Assembly (NCBI GenBank): GCA_044869275.1
Contig: JBIOXB010000139.1
Span: forward strand, 71,890-135,889
Source: a bacterium
GTDB taxonomy: Bacteria; Zhuqueibacterota; Zhuqueibacteria; Zhuqueibacterales; Zhuqueibacteraceae
DNA length: 64,000 nt
Reading direction: 5' to 3'
The position numbers were made by a program, and so were the translations under genes. This document shows positions 19,796 through 29,984 of this stretch, piece by piece; positions within the stretch are counted from its first letter, which is position 1, and each line of letters opens with the position of its first letter. The notes under the pieces are model-generated. The model saw only the letters and a program-made list of their open reading frames with translations. It ran no database searches and was not told the DNA's origin.

Positions 19796-20296
19796 TTACT
19801 TCTCCCCGATCATCGCCAAATGATTCGGCTCCACCAGCCAGCGCAACAACAAATGTCCCGTACGCAGCGGCTTTTCACCCTCCACCAGCGCCACTCCGCC
19901 CTTTTTGAAAAAAGCAATTGGAGTGTTTTTTCCGGCGACCAGAAAGGCCAGCAAGGCACTGACATGCGGCTCATGGCCGGCCAGGGCGATCGCGGCTTGG
20001 TCACCGTGCTCGCTGAGCAGCGCCAGCATCTGTGCGGGATCAGCTTCAGGCACGAGCAAGTCCGTATGCTCAATCTTCTCAATTTTCAATTCAGCTTGCA
20101 AGATCTCCGCAGTTTGATGGGCGCGCACCAGCGGGCTGGAATAGAGATGCGTGAGCTCGACCCCCAAATTTCGCAAGCCGCGTGCGATGCGCACCATCTT
20201 TTTCCGGCCCTTGTCCGTCAGCGGCCGTTGTGCATCGGGCTCATGCCAGTTTTCTCGCAATTCGGCGATCGCGTGCCGCACGATATAAATCTGCAT
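19796..20296 (-). CDS. sixA: Phosphohistidine phosphatase SixA
   Basis: IVRHAIAE, RPLTDKG, SSPLVRAHQTA, AGHEP, FKKGG; GGAG RBS. Confidence 0.9.
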   Translation of the reverse strand: MQIYIVRHAIAELRENWHEPDAQRPLTDKGRKKMVRIARGLRNLGVELTHLYSSPLVRAHQTAEILQAELKIEKIEHTDLLVPEADPAQMLALLSEHGDQAAIALAGHEPHVSALLAFLVAGKNTPIAFFKKGGVALVEGEKPLRTGHLLLRWLVEPNHLAMIGEK

Positions 20297-20387
20297 GTTC
20301 CTTCTCCTCCAAAAATACTCAATTTCTTTGGTTCTGCCATTTGTTTCGGTCGGCATGGGCAGCAGCATGCTGCAAAAACATTCAGAA

Positions 20388-20497
20388 GACAGAAAGATGA
20401 AGGACAGAAAAATGTTTGCCACCGGCTTCATCTCTTCAACGTCAACTTCCCTGACATGATGCCAACTGCAATTTTTCTGTCTCTCATTTTTCTGTCT
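20388..20497. repeat. GACAGAAARATG palindromic REP-like repeat (half copy at about 42521)
   Basis: Two GACAGAAARATG units answered by two ATTTTTCTGTC units. Confidence 0.65.
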
Positions 20498-20532
20498 TGG
20501 CTCTTATGCAAGCCAACTTCACATTGCCAAGT

Positions 20533-20689
20533 TAGAATAAAATCCAAAAGTCCGGCTCACGGAAATGAATTTCCACGGAAAGATGTATGTTCTTTTGTTT
20601 CCGTGAGCCGTTCCTATTCTGCGCGCCTTAACACCGCCGCTCGCCCGAGCTTCAGTTTTCAGCTTGCCGGAAAACTGGGGTAGGTTCTA
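20533..20689. repeat. Diverged copy of CACGGAAA palindrome MITE (family at 31.6 and 36.8 kb)
   Basis: CGGCTCACGGAAA...TTTCCGTGAGCCG inverted repeat; ends TAGGTTCTA. Confidence 0.65.
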
Positions 20690-20878
20690 CGCCACAAAAT
20701 ATAGAAATTTTCACCCAGCTTGTCAAATGCCAAAGCCTGACAGTCGCGAGGCGCTTGCATGAAAGAGCTTGTGGCCAAAGATTTTTTTTATTATAATTTT
20801 ACATTCCGTTTTGCACGGCATTCGGGCAAAAAATTACACTCCACTTTGCAAAACTTCGCGGCCGGACAACGGGTGTCT

Positions 20879-21523
20879 ATGAGGACGAACAACAATCTTT
20901 GGGCAGCCGCCGTAATGCTGGCGTGTGCAGGGGTTTGCGCATGTTCGAAGAATAACACTTCCCAAACCATCGACGAGAAAGAGCCGCCGCCACCCGCGCC
21001 GCAGGCGGAAGCACCGGCTCCGTCTGCTTCTCCCATTCCGGCCGGGCCGATTGCCGGTTCGGTATTAGACGTGGTTTCTCCCGACAGCCCGATGCCTCCG
21101 GATGTGCTCATCGCCATGGCCGCTTATGGCGTGAAAACGCAAGGCCAAACCAAATTCTGGCATACCCAAAGCCTCGACATTAACGAAGATGGCTCGAAAG
21201 AGTTGTTGATTTCCAACGTCGTGGAGTGGTGCGGCAGCGGCGGCTGCAGCTTGTGGCTGTGGCAGCGCACACGCAATGGCTTGCGCAATCTCTTGCCGAC
21301 CGAGGACATCACGGCTGCCGCCATCAACCTGGAAGACGCACGCACGGAGAGCTATCGCAACCTCAGCGTCTTTCATCGCGCCACCGGCAAGAACAAGGAA
21401 TTTTTGATGGTCAGCGATTTGTACGTGTGGAATGGCGAAGCGTACCGCAAAAGTTCCACGATCGAGCATGGCAAGTATCTCGACACACCCTTGCCCGCGA
21501 CGGTGTGGAAAGTCTTGCCGTGA
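20879..21523 (+). CDS. Hypothetical lipoprotein
   Basis: Lipobox-like VCAC, Pro-rich linker, DINEDGSKEL and WCGSGGC motifs. Confidence 0.75.
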   Translation: MRTNNNLWAAAVMLACAGVCACSKNNTSQTIDEKEPPPPAPQAEAPAPSASPIPAGPIAGSVLDVVSPDSPMPPDVLIAMAAYGVKTQGQTKFWHTQSLDINEDGSKELLISNVVEWCGSGGCSLWLWQRTRNGLRNLLPTEDITAAAINLEDARTESYRNLSVFHRATGKNKEFLMVSDLYVWNGEAYRKSSTIEHGKYLDTPLPATVWKVLP

Positions 21524-21614
21524 GCAGTTGACCTGCTAGGCTTTGTCCACTTCAGAAAATTTTTATGCGAACAGCACTGGTTGTGCAAAAGTCATTGGTC
21601 AAGCTGGAGGCGAC

Positions 21615-22106
21615 ATGGATGCAACGATGGCGTTGTTGCAAATCTTCGTGATTATTGTGGTACTGGTAGGTGGCGGTTTTTTGGCGAAAACTTACTTCCG
21701 CAAGGCTAAAATCACCAAAGAAGATAAGGAACTCTGGAAAAAGAACGCCGTCAATCACAACAAAGAGCTGGATACCGCTTTCAACAAGAAGGATGAAAAA
21801 GCGTACAACGAAATGCTGTATGCCAAGGTTTCACGCTTCATGCCCAAGATTCCGTATCGCATCGAGGGCCAGACCGAAGTCATGAAAAAGGTCAAAATGC
21901 AAATGGAGCAAGTCGGCAGCGGGTCGACCAGTCCCATGCAAAGAAGTGAAGAGTTGTTCAACGACGTCTTGGTGGTCACTTATAATTACATGACAGACAG
22001 CAAGTTGGGTGACAAGTTTGTCGAAGGCTCGGGCAAAGTGACACGGGTATGGGCACGCCAACAAAGCGGCTGGAAATTGGTGCACGAACATATCAGCGAG
22101 AACTAA
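21615..22106 (+). CDS. Membrane-anchored NTF2/SnoaL-like (DUF4440) protein
   Basis: GGAGG RBS, N-terminal TM, C-terminal TRVWARQQSGWKLVHEHIS. Confidence 0.8.
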   Translation: MDATMALLQIFVIIVVLVGGGFLAKTYFRKAKITKEDKELWKKNAVNHNKELDTAFNKKDEKAYNEMLYAKVSRFMPKIPYRIEGQTEVMKKVKMQMEQVGSGSTSPMQRSEELFNDVLVVTYNYMTDSKLGDKFVEGSGKVTRVWARQQSGWKLVHEHISEN

Positions 22107-22107
22107 C

Positions 22108-22665
22108 ATGAAGCGTCATCCGGCGATCTTGCAGCGCCAGCGCACGGCATTGTTGTTGATTGATATTCAGGCACGGGTGCATGCGGTCATGCTGCACCGC
22201 CAGCAAGTGGAGCAAAATGCGGTGAAATTGATTCGCGGCTTTCAGATTCTGCAGATCCCCATCTTCCTCACCGAACAATACCCCCAGGGCCTGGGCGCGA
22301 CAATTTCCGGAGTTCTCGCGGCATTGGGCGGGATTTCTCCTTTGCAAAAAATGTCTTTCAGTTGCTGCGGCAATGAAGAATTGATGAATAGATTGGAAGA
22401 AGGAGGAATCAAACAACTGGTGTTATGCGGGATTGAGACGCACGTGTGCGTGCAGCAAACCGCGCTGGATTTGCTGGCAAACGGCTATCAAGTGCACGTG
22501 GCGCAGGACGCAGTTTCCTCGCGCCAGGAAGCCGATCATCTCACCGCCCTCGCGCGCATGCGCGCGGCGGGCACGGTGGTCACCGGAACGGAATCCGTTT
22601 TGTTCGAATTGCTGCAGCGCGCGGATGTGGCGGAGTTCAAGCAGGTGGCGGCGCTGATCAAGTGA
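22108..22665 (+). CDS. Isochorismatase family cysteine hydrolase
   Basis: LLLIDIQ, TEQYPQGLG, KMSFSC, GIETHVCV. Confidence 0.92.
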   Translation: MKRHPAILQRQRTALLLIDIQARVHAVMLHRQQVEQNAVKLIRGFQILQIPIFLTEQYPQGLGATISGVLAALGGISPLQKMSFSCCGNEELMNRLEEGGIKQLVLCGIETHVCVQQTALDLLANGYQVHVAQDAVSSRQEADHLTALARMRAAGTVVTGTESVLFELLQRADVAEFKQVAALIK

Positions 22666-22817
22666 AATCCTGGGCTGGTCCGGGCGGCGCTGCGGCAACC
22701 TCCCCAAATGCCGGCACCAAAATCCACGGACGAGGCCCGCGGCCTCAGCGCCGAGGAGAGCAGCGCTCCTGCTCGCCTGATTCCAGGCAGCAACGCAGTT
22801 CCCACCTCCCTCACCCC

Positions 22818-23567
22818 CTACTCAAAATCCAGCAGGGTATGCGAATACGAACGCAGGGTCGCGCCGGTGGCCGTAACGTAGCGCTTCCAAAATTCCTGCA
22901 CGGCAAAAAACTTTTCAGTGTCTTTGGAATAGGCGCCGGCCATCCAAACCTCGACGCCTTCAAGGCGGGGAATGCGGTGCTTGCTGCGCAGCGTGGCGAT
23001 GGCACCATCCAGGTATTGCGAAGTGAGCTGATCTTTGTCGAAGTCGAATTCCGAAGAGCTCTCTTGCATATCGGAAATGATGATCAGCGATTTCCTGCTA
23101 GCCTTGCCGTTCTTGATCTGGTCGCAAATTAAAAAGGAATTCACAATCTCGCTTTTCTGCATTTTGACGCGGGAAGAAAGCACGCTGTCCACGGTCGCAA
23201 TCAAGCTGCGCGTGATCTCACGCAAGCTCTTGTCATACTGCGTGCGGTTGTCGTTCCACATGCTGAACGAGGGAAACGTGATGTCAAAAATCGGCGTGAA
23301 GTCCGCAATGGTGAGATCGATGATTTTGCAGACGGTCAAGCGATCGCCCTCTTCGAGTTTGGAGACGATTCTTTCGATGTACTTCTTGTAATTGTCCCGG
23401 TCCGGCAGGGTGCTGAGCGACATGTCGATGAAGATCATGACATGGCGGGATTCTTTGGGCGCGGCGTGATTGCAGCCCGTGGCCACCGCCCCGGCGATCA
23501 TCGCAGCAGCCGTCATCATAGCCAGCGCTAGCGCCGGCCGCAAAAGGTTTGCAAATCGACGATTCAT
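22818..23567 (-). CDS. vWA-like lipoprotein
   Basis: Signal ending ATGC; MIDAS-like FIDMSLS and IISDMQE. Confidence 0.72.
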   Translation of the reverse strand: MNRRFANLLRPALALAMMTAAAMIAGAVATGCNHAAPKESRHVMIFIDMSLSTLPDRDNYKKYIERIVSKLEEGDRLTVCKIIDLTIADFTPIFDITFPSFSMWNDNRTQYDKSLREITRSLIATVDSVLSSRVKMQKSEIVNSFLICDQIKNGKASRKSLIIISDMQESSSEFDFDKDQLTSQYLDGAIATLRSKHRIPRLEGVEVWMAGAYSKDTEKFFAVQEFWKRYVTATGATLRSYSHTLLDFE

Positions 23568-23629
23568 TCCTTGAACACGTTCAGGTTTTGGGTGAAACCA
23601 TGGTATGGCAGTCTTGCCGAATCGAAAAC

Positions 23630-24694
23630 TCATTCAAACGAAAAGCGCGTGCTCACCAGCGCCGTCGAGGGCTTGGTTTGGCCATTGTTGTTGGCGAACG
23701 TCTCTTCACGGAATTCCGGAATCAAGATGTCCGGCAGCATTTCGAAAGCCTTGGGCCGATGCTCGTCCTGGCGGCGCAGCAGATTATGCTGGCGATACAC
23801 GCTGATGGTTTGGTGGGCGCGATCACGAATCTGCAGAATGTGGTTGTGGCAGCCGGATTTCAGCGCGTTGCGCATGCCTTCGATGCGATGGATGCGCCGC
23901 AGCGCTTTGGTGTAATCCTGCTTGAATTTGAACAGCTTGAAATCGCGCTCGTGCGCGTACCACGAAGCATACACCGAAATCACGAAGATCAAAAAATTCA
24001 AAGATAGAAAGAAGAGCCAGGCGTTGAACATCGTCTCTTCCGTGGACGGCACTGAAGTCTTGAAGTAGCTATTGCGCACGGCAGCCAGCGCATAGAGGGA
24101 AAAAACGATCACCCCCAAGCATCCCACCGAAAGCAACACCAGGGTTTTGTCCTTTTCATCTTCGCGCAAGAAACGGCCCCAAAAATGGCCGGACACCGGG
24201 ATGGCAAAAGAAAGAATCAGCGCCATGATGATGGTTTCAAAACGGGGCGAACCAAAAATGTCGAAAACCTGCGCATTCATGGCCAGTTCCGCCACCCCAA
24301 AGACGATGATGAGCGGGATGTACCACCACGGCGTGTGATCAAACATGGCGTCGCGGTCCAGTTCTTGCTTGCGCGTCAGATAATTTTCCTCCGTCTGCCG
24401 CAGCTTATGTTCCCAAGTCTTGTGCTCGCCGATCAACTTGGCGTCCCGCGACTGCCAGCCCTGATACACTGTGCGAATGGCGCGATCCGCGACCTTGCAA
24501 ATGGTTTGCTCGTAATCCGTGGCGCAACGAACTTCGTGCCAATTCTCGCTATCGACATATCCGGACCGCCGGTTGGGATTCTTGCTCAGATAATAAGAAA
24601 TGCTGTCGTCGTTGAGAGGAGGTAAATCTTTGGATCCATCCAGCTTGCCATTAATGCGGGCATGCAGACTGGATCCAAGTGACCATGGACGCAT
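23630..24694 (-). CDS. Hypothetical 4-TM membrane protein flanked by coiled coils
   Basis: AAGGAG RBS before MRPWS; four hydrophobic helices. The longer ORF in the track is antisense overlap with the ATP-grasp gene. Confidence 0.75.
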   Translation of the reverse strand: MRPWSLGSSLHARINGKLDGSKDLPPLNDDSISYYLSKNPNRRSGYVDSENWHEVRCATDYEQTICKVADRAIRTVYQGWQSRDAKLIGEHKTWEHKLRQTEENYLTRKQELDRDAMFDHTPWWYIPLIIVFGVAELAMNAQVFDIFGSPRFETIIMALILSFAIPVSGHFWGRFLREDEKDKTLVLLSVGCLGVIVFSLYALAAVRNSYFKTSVPSTEETMFNAWLFFLSLNFLIFVISVYASWYAHERDFKLFKFKQDYTKALRRIHRIEGMRNALKSGCHNHILQIRDRAHQTISVYRQHNLLRRQDEHRPKAFEMLPDILIPEFREETFANNNGQTKPSTALVSTRFSFE

Positions 24695-24913
24695 GTTTAA
24701 CTCCTTGAAATCGAATAAAATGGCTATACCATCGCTGGCGCGGGCTTGCGGAATACATTCATGCTCAGTAGAGGTACCAACATTTATCCAAGTTTGAGAA
24801 AACGATTGCAGCCTAAATTGCATGGAAATTTTCGCTTCCATCTTTGCGTCGAAATTGTTATCTTTTTTGAATATCCAATAAATACAGGCTGAATCTGTCA
24901 AGCCAAGGGAGGA

Positions 24914-25933
24914 GTGATGAAAGTCGGGATTTTGCGCGGCGAAGAGAGTTCGTTTCCCGAAGCCTTGATCGAGCGCATCAATCAGAAAAGTAAGGAGCGC
25001 AAGCTGGGCGTGACCGCGGATTTTATCAAAATCGAAGTCGTGCGCATGGCCGAGCCCTGCGAGTATCGCCTGATCATTGACCGGATTTCGCACGAAGTGC
25101 CTTTCTATCGCGCGTTTTTGAAGAATGCCGCACTCGCGGGCACGGAAATCATCAACAATCCCTTCTGGTGGAGCGCGGATGACAAGTTTTTCAATTATTC
25201 CATCGCTCACAAAATCGGCGTGCCCATACCCAAAACTGTCATGCTCCCCCATCAAGCGCATCCTCCCTCCACTTCTTCGCAATCCATGCGCAATCTCGTG
25301 TACCCGATTGATTGGTATCACGTGTTCAAGTACGTCGGCTTTCCCGCCTTTTTGAAACCGCATGCCGGCGGCGGATGGAAACACGTGTACAAGGTGAATA
25401 ATGAAGAGGAGTTTTTTAATTCCTATCACCAAACTGGCACGTTGTGCATGGTGTTGCAGGAGGGCATCGAGTTTAGCGAATACTATCGTTGCTATACAGT
25501 CGGACGCAAAGAGGTGCACCTCATGCGCTATGATCCGGGCAAGGCATTCTTTGCGCAATACGTACCGGACAACCCCCCGCCGGCGCCGGAATTGAAGGAA
25601 AAAATCATCAAATATTGCTTGATGATCAACAATGCGCTCGGCTACGACCTCAATACCTGTGAATTCGCCGTGCGTGACGGCATCCCGTACGCCATTGATT
25701 TCGGCAATCCGGCGCCGGATTGCGATCTCAAATCCGTGACTCCCGCCAACTTCGAGTGGGTGGTGGAGGCCATGTCGAATCTGGCAATCGCACGCGCGCA
25801 ACAGCCGGCGCAAATGCCCACCGAGTTTCTGTGGTCGAAATTTTTCGGCACCGACCAAATCGGGGCCGAAACCGAAAAAAAAGTGACGCGGAAAACTCCC
25901 GGCCGTGCGCGCGCCGGTGAGAAAAGGGTCTGA
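24914..25933 (+). CDS. RimK-like ATP-grasp ligase
   Basis: IIDRISH, INNPFWWSADDKF, PKT, FLKPHAGGGWK, LQE, EFAVRDGIPYAIDFGNP. Confidence 0.88.
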   Translation: MMKVGILRGEESSFPEALIERINQKSKERKLGVTADFIKIEVVRMAEPCEYRLIIDRISHEVPFYRAFLKNAALAGTEIINNPFWWSADDKFFNYSIAHKIGVPIPKTVMLPHQAHPPSTSSQSMRNLVYPIDWYHVFKYVGFPAFLKPHAGGGWKHVYKVNNEEEFFNSYHQTGTLCMVLQEGIEFSEYYRCYTVGRKEVHLMRYDPGKAFFAQYVPDNPPPAPELKEKIIKYCLMINNALGYDLNTCEFAVRDGIPYAIDFGNPAPDCDLKSVTPANFEWVVEAMSNLAIARAQQPAQMPTEFLWSKFFGTDQIGAETEKKVTRKTPGRARAGEKRV

Positions 25934-25959
25934 GTAGTCAATAATTGCGAATGTGGTCA

Positions 25960-26015
25960 TTGCTGACTGCTGATTGACAATTGTCAATTGACGATTCACA
26001 ATTAACCATTGGCAA
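25960..26015. repeat. Degenerate heptamer tandem array (8 units, TTGACAA-like)
   Basis: ttgctga ctgctga ttgacaa ttgtcaa ttgacga ttcacaa ttaacca ttggcaa. Confidence 0.75.
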
Positions 26016-26047
26016 TCGTGCTTTTGAATCTAGAGTGGAGTCGTGCT

Positions 26048-27175
26048 TTGGATCCGCAATTCACCATTGGCATTGAAGAAGAATTTCAAATCGTGGACCC
26101 CAGTACCCGGGAATTGAAATCACACATTTCCGAGATGCTCGAACAAGGGAAAATGATCCTGCACGAACATCTCAAGCCGGAAATGCACAAGTCCGTGGTG
26201 GAAGTGGGCACCGGCATTTGCAAGAACATTCACGAAGCGCGGCAGAACGTGGTCGAGCTGCGCCGCGCCCTTCTCGAACTGGCGCACAAAAACAACCTGA
26301 GCCTTGCCGCCGCGGGCACGCACCCATTTTCCGACTGGCGCACGCAGGAAATCACCGAGCATGAACGCTACAAAGTGCTCATCGATGAAATGGGCGACAT
26401 TGCGCGCGGCAATCTCATCTTCGGCTTGCACGTGCACATCGGCATCGAAGACCGCGAGCTCGCGATCGCGCTGTGCAATCAAATCCGCTATTTCTTGCCG
26501 CACATTCTGGCGCTCTCGACCAGCTCGCCGTTTTGGCTGGGCCGCCGCACAGGTTTGAAATCCACGCGCACCGAAGTGTTCAAGAAGTTTCCGCGCACCG
26601 GTATTCCCGATTTTTTTTCGTCCTGGGCGGATTTCGATTTGTTCGTGCAAACTCTCATCAAGACCAATTGCATCGACAACGGCAAGAAAATCTGGTGGGA
26701 CATCCGGCCGCATGCGTTTTTCAACACCATTGAAATCCGCATTTGCGATCTGCCCACCTGTGTCGAGGACACCGTCGCCATTGCCGCGCTGATCCAGGCC
26801 ACGGTCGCCAAGCTCTGGATGCTGCACAAGGACAATATGAGCTTCCGCATTTACCGCCCGACGCTGATAGAAGAGAATAAATGGCGCGCGGCCCGATACG
26901 GCATCGAGGGCAAGCTCATCGACTTCGGCAAGCAAAAGGAAGTGCCCTTCCGTGATTTGTTCTACGAATACATCCGCTTTATCGACGAGGCCGTGGACGA
27001 ATTGGACAGCCGTGAAGCCATCAATCATCTCTACCGCATTTTGGAACACGGCACCAGCGCCGAGCGGCAGTTGCGCGTCTACGAAGAAAGCAACCACGAT
27101 TTGACCGCGGTGGTCGATTCCTTGATCCGAGACACAATGGAAGGGTGTTATGCTCCGAACCGTCCGGCAACCTGA
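26048..27175 (+). CDS. Carboxylate-amine ligase (YbdK/GCS2 family)
   Basis: FTIGIEEEFQ, FGLHVHIG, SSPFW, WWDIRP, TIEIRICD, ENKWRAARYG; TTG start after GGAG. Confidence 0.92.
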   Translation: MDPQFTIGIEEEFQIVDPSTRELKSHISEMLEQGKMILHEHLKPEMHKSVVEVGTGICKNIHEARQNVVELRRALLELAHKNNLSLAAAGTHPFSDWRTQEITEHERYKVLIDEMGDIARGNLIFGLHVHIGIEDRELAIALCNQIRYFLPHILALSTSSPFWLGRRTGLKSTRTEVFKKFPRTGIPDFFSSWADFDLFVQTLIKTNCIDNGKKIWWDIRPHAFFNTIEIRICDLPTCVEDTVAIAALIQATVAKLWMLHKDNMSFRIYRPTLIEENKWRAARYGIEGKLIDFGKQKEVPFRDLFYEYIRFIDEAVDELDSREAINHLYRILEHGTSAERQLRVYEESNHDLTAVVDSLIRDTMEGCYAPNRPAT

Positions 27176-28169
27176 TTTCAATCGCGAATACCTCCGGGGG
27201 GCGCACAATGCCGTCCGCAACTGCCTCCGTATCCAACCGCACGAACACGTCACCCTGATCACCGACCGGGCCACATTAGACATCGGCACCTGCATGTACG
27301 ACCAGCTCCGGCTGATCGGCAGCAGGATCACTTCTTTTGTGCTTGAAGGCCTGACGCCGCGCCCCATGCCGGCATTGCCGCGAGAGGTCGCGCACGCCAT
27401 GGCCCAGTCCAACGTCGGCATCATGTGCGTGAAGCCGCAGGCCGGCGAGGCGCGGGTGCGCGGCGATCTCATTAAGGTCGTGGAAGATCATGGTGTGCGT
27501 TACGCGCACATGATCGGCATTACCGGCGAGATTATGCTGCAAAGCATGCGCGCAAATTTCGAGGAAGTCTATGCACTCGGCGACCGCTTGTTGGTGGTCG
27601 CGCGCCCGGCAAAAAAAGCCGTCATCAAATCCGCATTGGGCACGGAGCTGACCGTGACGCTGAACCCGGCATTGCGCTGGCAAAACACCGGCGGCAAAAT
27701 TACCGCTGAAGTTTGGTCGAATTTGCCCGCCGGAGAAATTTTCACCTGCCCGGAAAGCGTGGAGGGCGTGATGGTGGTTGACGGATCGGTCGGCGACTAT
27801 TTGTGCTGGAAATACGGCTGCATCGAAGACACGCCGTTGCGTTTGGAGATTGAAGGCGGATACCTGCAATCCGCGCACTGCGCGAATAAAGAGCTCGAAC
27901 AAGAATTCCTGGAATACTGCCGCACCGCGGAAAATAGTGACCGTGTGGGCGAATTTGCCTTGGGTACGAACACCTGGGTCACGCGCTGCATCGGCAATTT
28001 ACTGCAAGATGAAAAAATGCCGGGCATGCACATCGCCTTCGGCAACCCCGCCCCCGGCCAAACCGGCGCGGACTGGACCTGCCCCACACACATTGATTTG
28101 ATTACCATGAAGCCGGATATCTGGTTTGATGACAAGCAGGTGATGGCGGAGGGGAAGTTTTTGGTGTGA
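27150..28169 (+). CDS. M29-like (leucyl) aminopeptidase
   Basis: NLPAGEIF, VVDGS, GEFALGTN, LQDEK, HIAFG, HID. Confidence 0.88.
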   Translation: MLRTVRQPDFNREYLRGAHNAVRNCLRIQPHEHVTLITDRATLDIGTCMYDQLRLIGSRITSFVLEGLTPRPMPALPREVAHAMAQSNVGIMCVKPQAGEARVRGDLIKVVEDHGVRYAHMIGITGEIMLQSMRANFEEVYALGDRLLVVARPAKKAVIKSALGTELTVTLNPALRWQNTGGKITAEVWSNLPAGEIFTCPESVEGVMVVDGSVGDYLCWKYGCIEDTPLRLEIEGGYLQSAHCANKELEQEFLEYCRTAENSDRVGEFALGTNTWVTRCIGNLLQDEKMPGMHIAFGNPAPGQTGADWTCPTHIDLITMKPDIWFDDKQVMAEGKFLV

Positions 28170-28331
28170 GACTCAAAGCAAATACCGCACGATCTAATGA
28201 TGATTCTGCTCAGGAGCTGACGACATTAAAGCAAATGAAAAGACCGTGACCATTGTGGCTCAAGCACTTCTATTGCCTGCCCCGCCGCTGCGCCAGAGCT
28301 AAAACCCGGCCTCATCACCTTAAGCAAGCTT

Positions 28332-28913
28332 ATGCTTTGCAGCAGCCTATTCGGACTCGCCCTGTTGCGCCTCGCCGAGCTCACCATGCCAATTCCGAGG
28401 CAGGACTCGTGTGCCTCAACCGCCTCTCTTTCTGCATACGCACATAACGATTATCTGAACCGCGAACCGCTTCATGGCGCGATAGCGCTTGGTTATCGCG
28501 GGGTGGAAGTCGACGTGTTTCTCGTTGGTGGTCAGTTTCTGATTGCACACGATCGCGACCGGGTGGATCCCCGCCGCACGCTCGAAGGGCTGTATCTTAA
28601 GCCGCTACGTGATCTGGTGGCGCGTTGCGGGCGCGTATTGTCTCACGGCCAACCCTTTCTGCTCAAGCTCATCAGCCTTGATTTTGGGAAAATGATCCAC
28701 TGGTCCGGCAAAGGACAGCCGCCATCGGACGCCAAGCGCACGCTGGAACGTATCATTCGGATACGCAACGCCTCTCCGGGCCGGGTCGCGCGGGTTTACA
28801 ACGTGCCTCGGAACGCGGCGATTTATCGTTGGCTGTTAGCTGCGGGAGTCGACCTGATCGGAACAAAGGATCTCACTGCCACGCGTAGACTTCTCACCCA
28901 GGCAGCTTTGTGA
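28332..28913 (+). CDS. PLC-like phosphodiesterase (AIM6-like), possibly internally deleted
   Basis: AHNDY, VEVDV, IAHD, TLEGLYLKPL, GVDLIGT; seems short for the family. Confidence 0.65.
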   Translation: MLCSSLFGLALLRLAELTMPIPRQDSCASTASLSAYAHNDYLNREPLHGAIALGYRGVEVDVFLVGGQFLIAHDRDRVDPRRTLEGLYLKPLRDLVARCGRVLSHGQPFLLKLISLDFGKMIHWSGKGQPPSDAKRTLERIIRIRNASPGRVARVYNVPRNAAIYRWLLAAGVDLIGTKDLTATRRLLTQAAL

Positions 28914-29025
28914 GGGTGACGAGCGGAAAAAGTGAAAGCTATTGCGGACCTAGCTCCGATGCCATTATCAACAAGACGAATGCCACCGAAAGCCAACCGC
29001 GAAGCGGTGGCAGGATTATAGAAAA

Positions 29026-29925
29026 TCACTCGCTCAGATTTTGCGCCAGGAATTCTTCAGAAAATCCATACGGATTTTGTTGCAACAACTGCCGCGCGCG
29101 CTGTTGAATCTTTTCATCCCTTCCCTGCAGCGCTTCCTGCAAGATCCCCGGATGTTCTTCCAAAAAACTCTTCATGCTCCCGCGCGGCTCGCGAAGATAC
29201 GCGATCAATTGCCGCGCGGACGAGGGCGTCAAATAGCCCGCCTGCACCAAATCCTGGAAAAAATCCGGCCCAAGCTGGATCACATGCCGGGCTAGAATGC
29301 CGTGCTGCTGCAATACCTCCTCCCCGCCCTGGCCGCGATCAACGACGTTGATCGCCCACAGCAATCGCCCACCGCGATTTTGAATCGCCGGCAGCCAGGC
29401 GCGCACGTAGCTCGAGGCCTCCGTAACCAAATCCGCGACATGCAAAACGCGCGCGCCGCGCAGCTCGGTGGCCACTTCGAGCCGGTCATCGCTGCGGTCG
29501 TTTTCGTGGATGATCACGGCAGACTGATCTTTGAACAGGGCTAAAGCGGGCCTTTGCAGCCGTTTCGCCACCATCAACGAAAAAAACCAATCCCGCCGTT
29601 CCCCGCCGGAGACGTAGTCAATTTGATCGGCGCCGATTTCATTCCTGGCCAGTGCCGTGGCCGTATCGATGACGGTGCGATAGCCCTCATCTTCGGCATA
29701 ATTTTTTTCGACACGCACCAACACTCCCGTCAGCAAGCGCGTTCGATCTGCGGTATTTTGATCGATGAACGCCAGCAGCTCTTCCGCCTTTTTCCGGCTG
29801 CCGTAGAGAAAATGCGTATTGAGATAAAACGGCCCGACCGTGCCGGAAGTGTACCAAAAGAGTTTACCGGGCAGCGCAATTTCCAGCGCCTGCGTGGCGA
29901 GTAAGAGCTCTGAAATTTCAGTCAT
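29026..29925 (-). CDS. Orotate phosphoribosyltransferase-like protein
   Basis: FWYTSGTVGPFYLN, VSGGERRD, PRPP-loop variant VLHVADLVTEASS, VVDRGQGG. Confidence 0.8.
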   Translation of the reverse strand: MTEISELLLATQALEIALPGKLFWYTSGTVGPFYLNTHFLYGSRKKAEELLAFIDQNTADRTRLLTGVLVRVEKNYAEDEGYRTVIDTATALARNEIGADQIDYVSGGERRDWFFSLMVAKRLQRPALALFKDQSAVIIHENDRSDDRLEVATELRGARVLHVADLVTEASSYVRAWLPAIQNRGGRLLWAINVVDRGQGGEEVLQQHGILARHVIQLGPDFFQDLVQAGYLTPSSARQLIAYLREPRGSMKSFLEEHPGILQEALQGRDEKIQQRARQLLQQNPYGFSEEFLAQNLSE

Positions 29926-29984
29926 CCGTTTCGTTTTTCCTTCTGAATGGATGCTTTTCGAAGACGATAGCGTTGACCAAGATT

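Noticed and set aside
24695..25999. N-terminal extension making a 789-aa ORF
   Set aside because: It is the antisense shadow of the ATP-grasp gene plus heptamer repeats; a good RBS and start lie at 24694.
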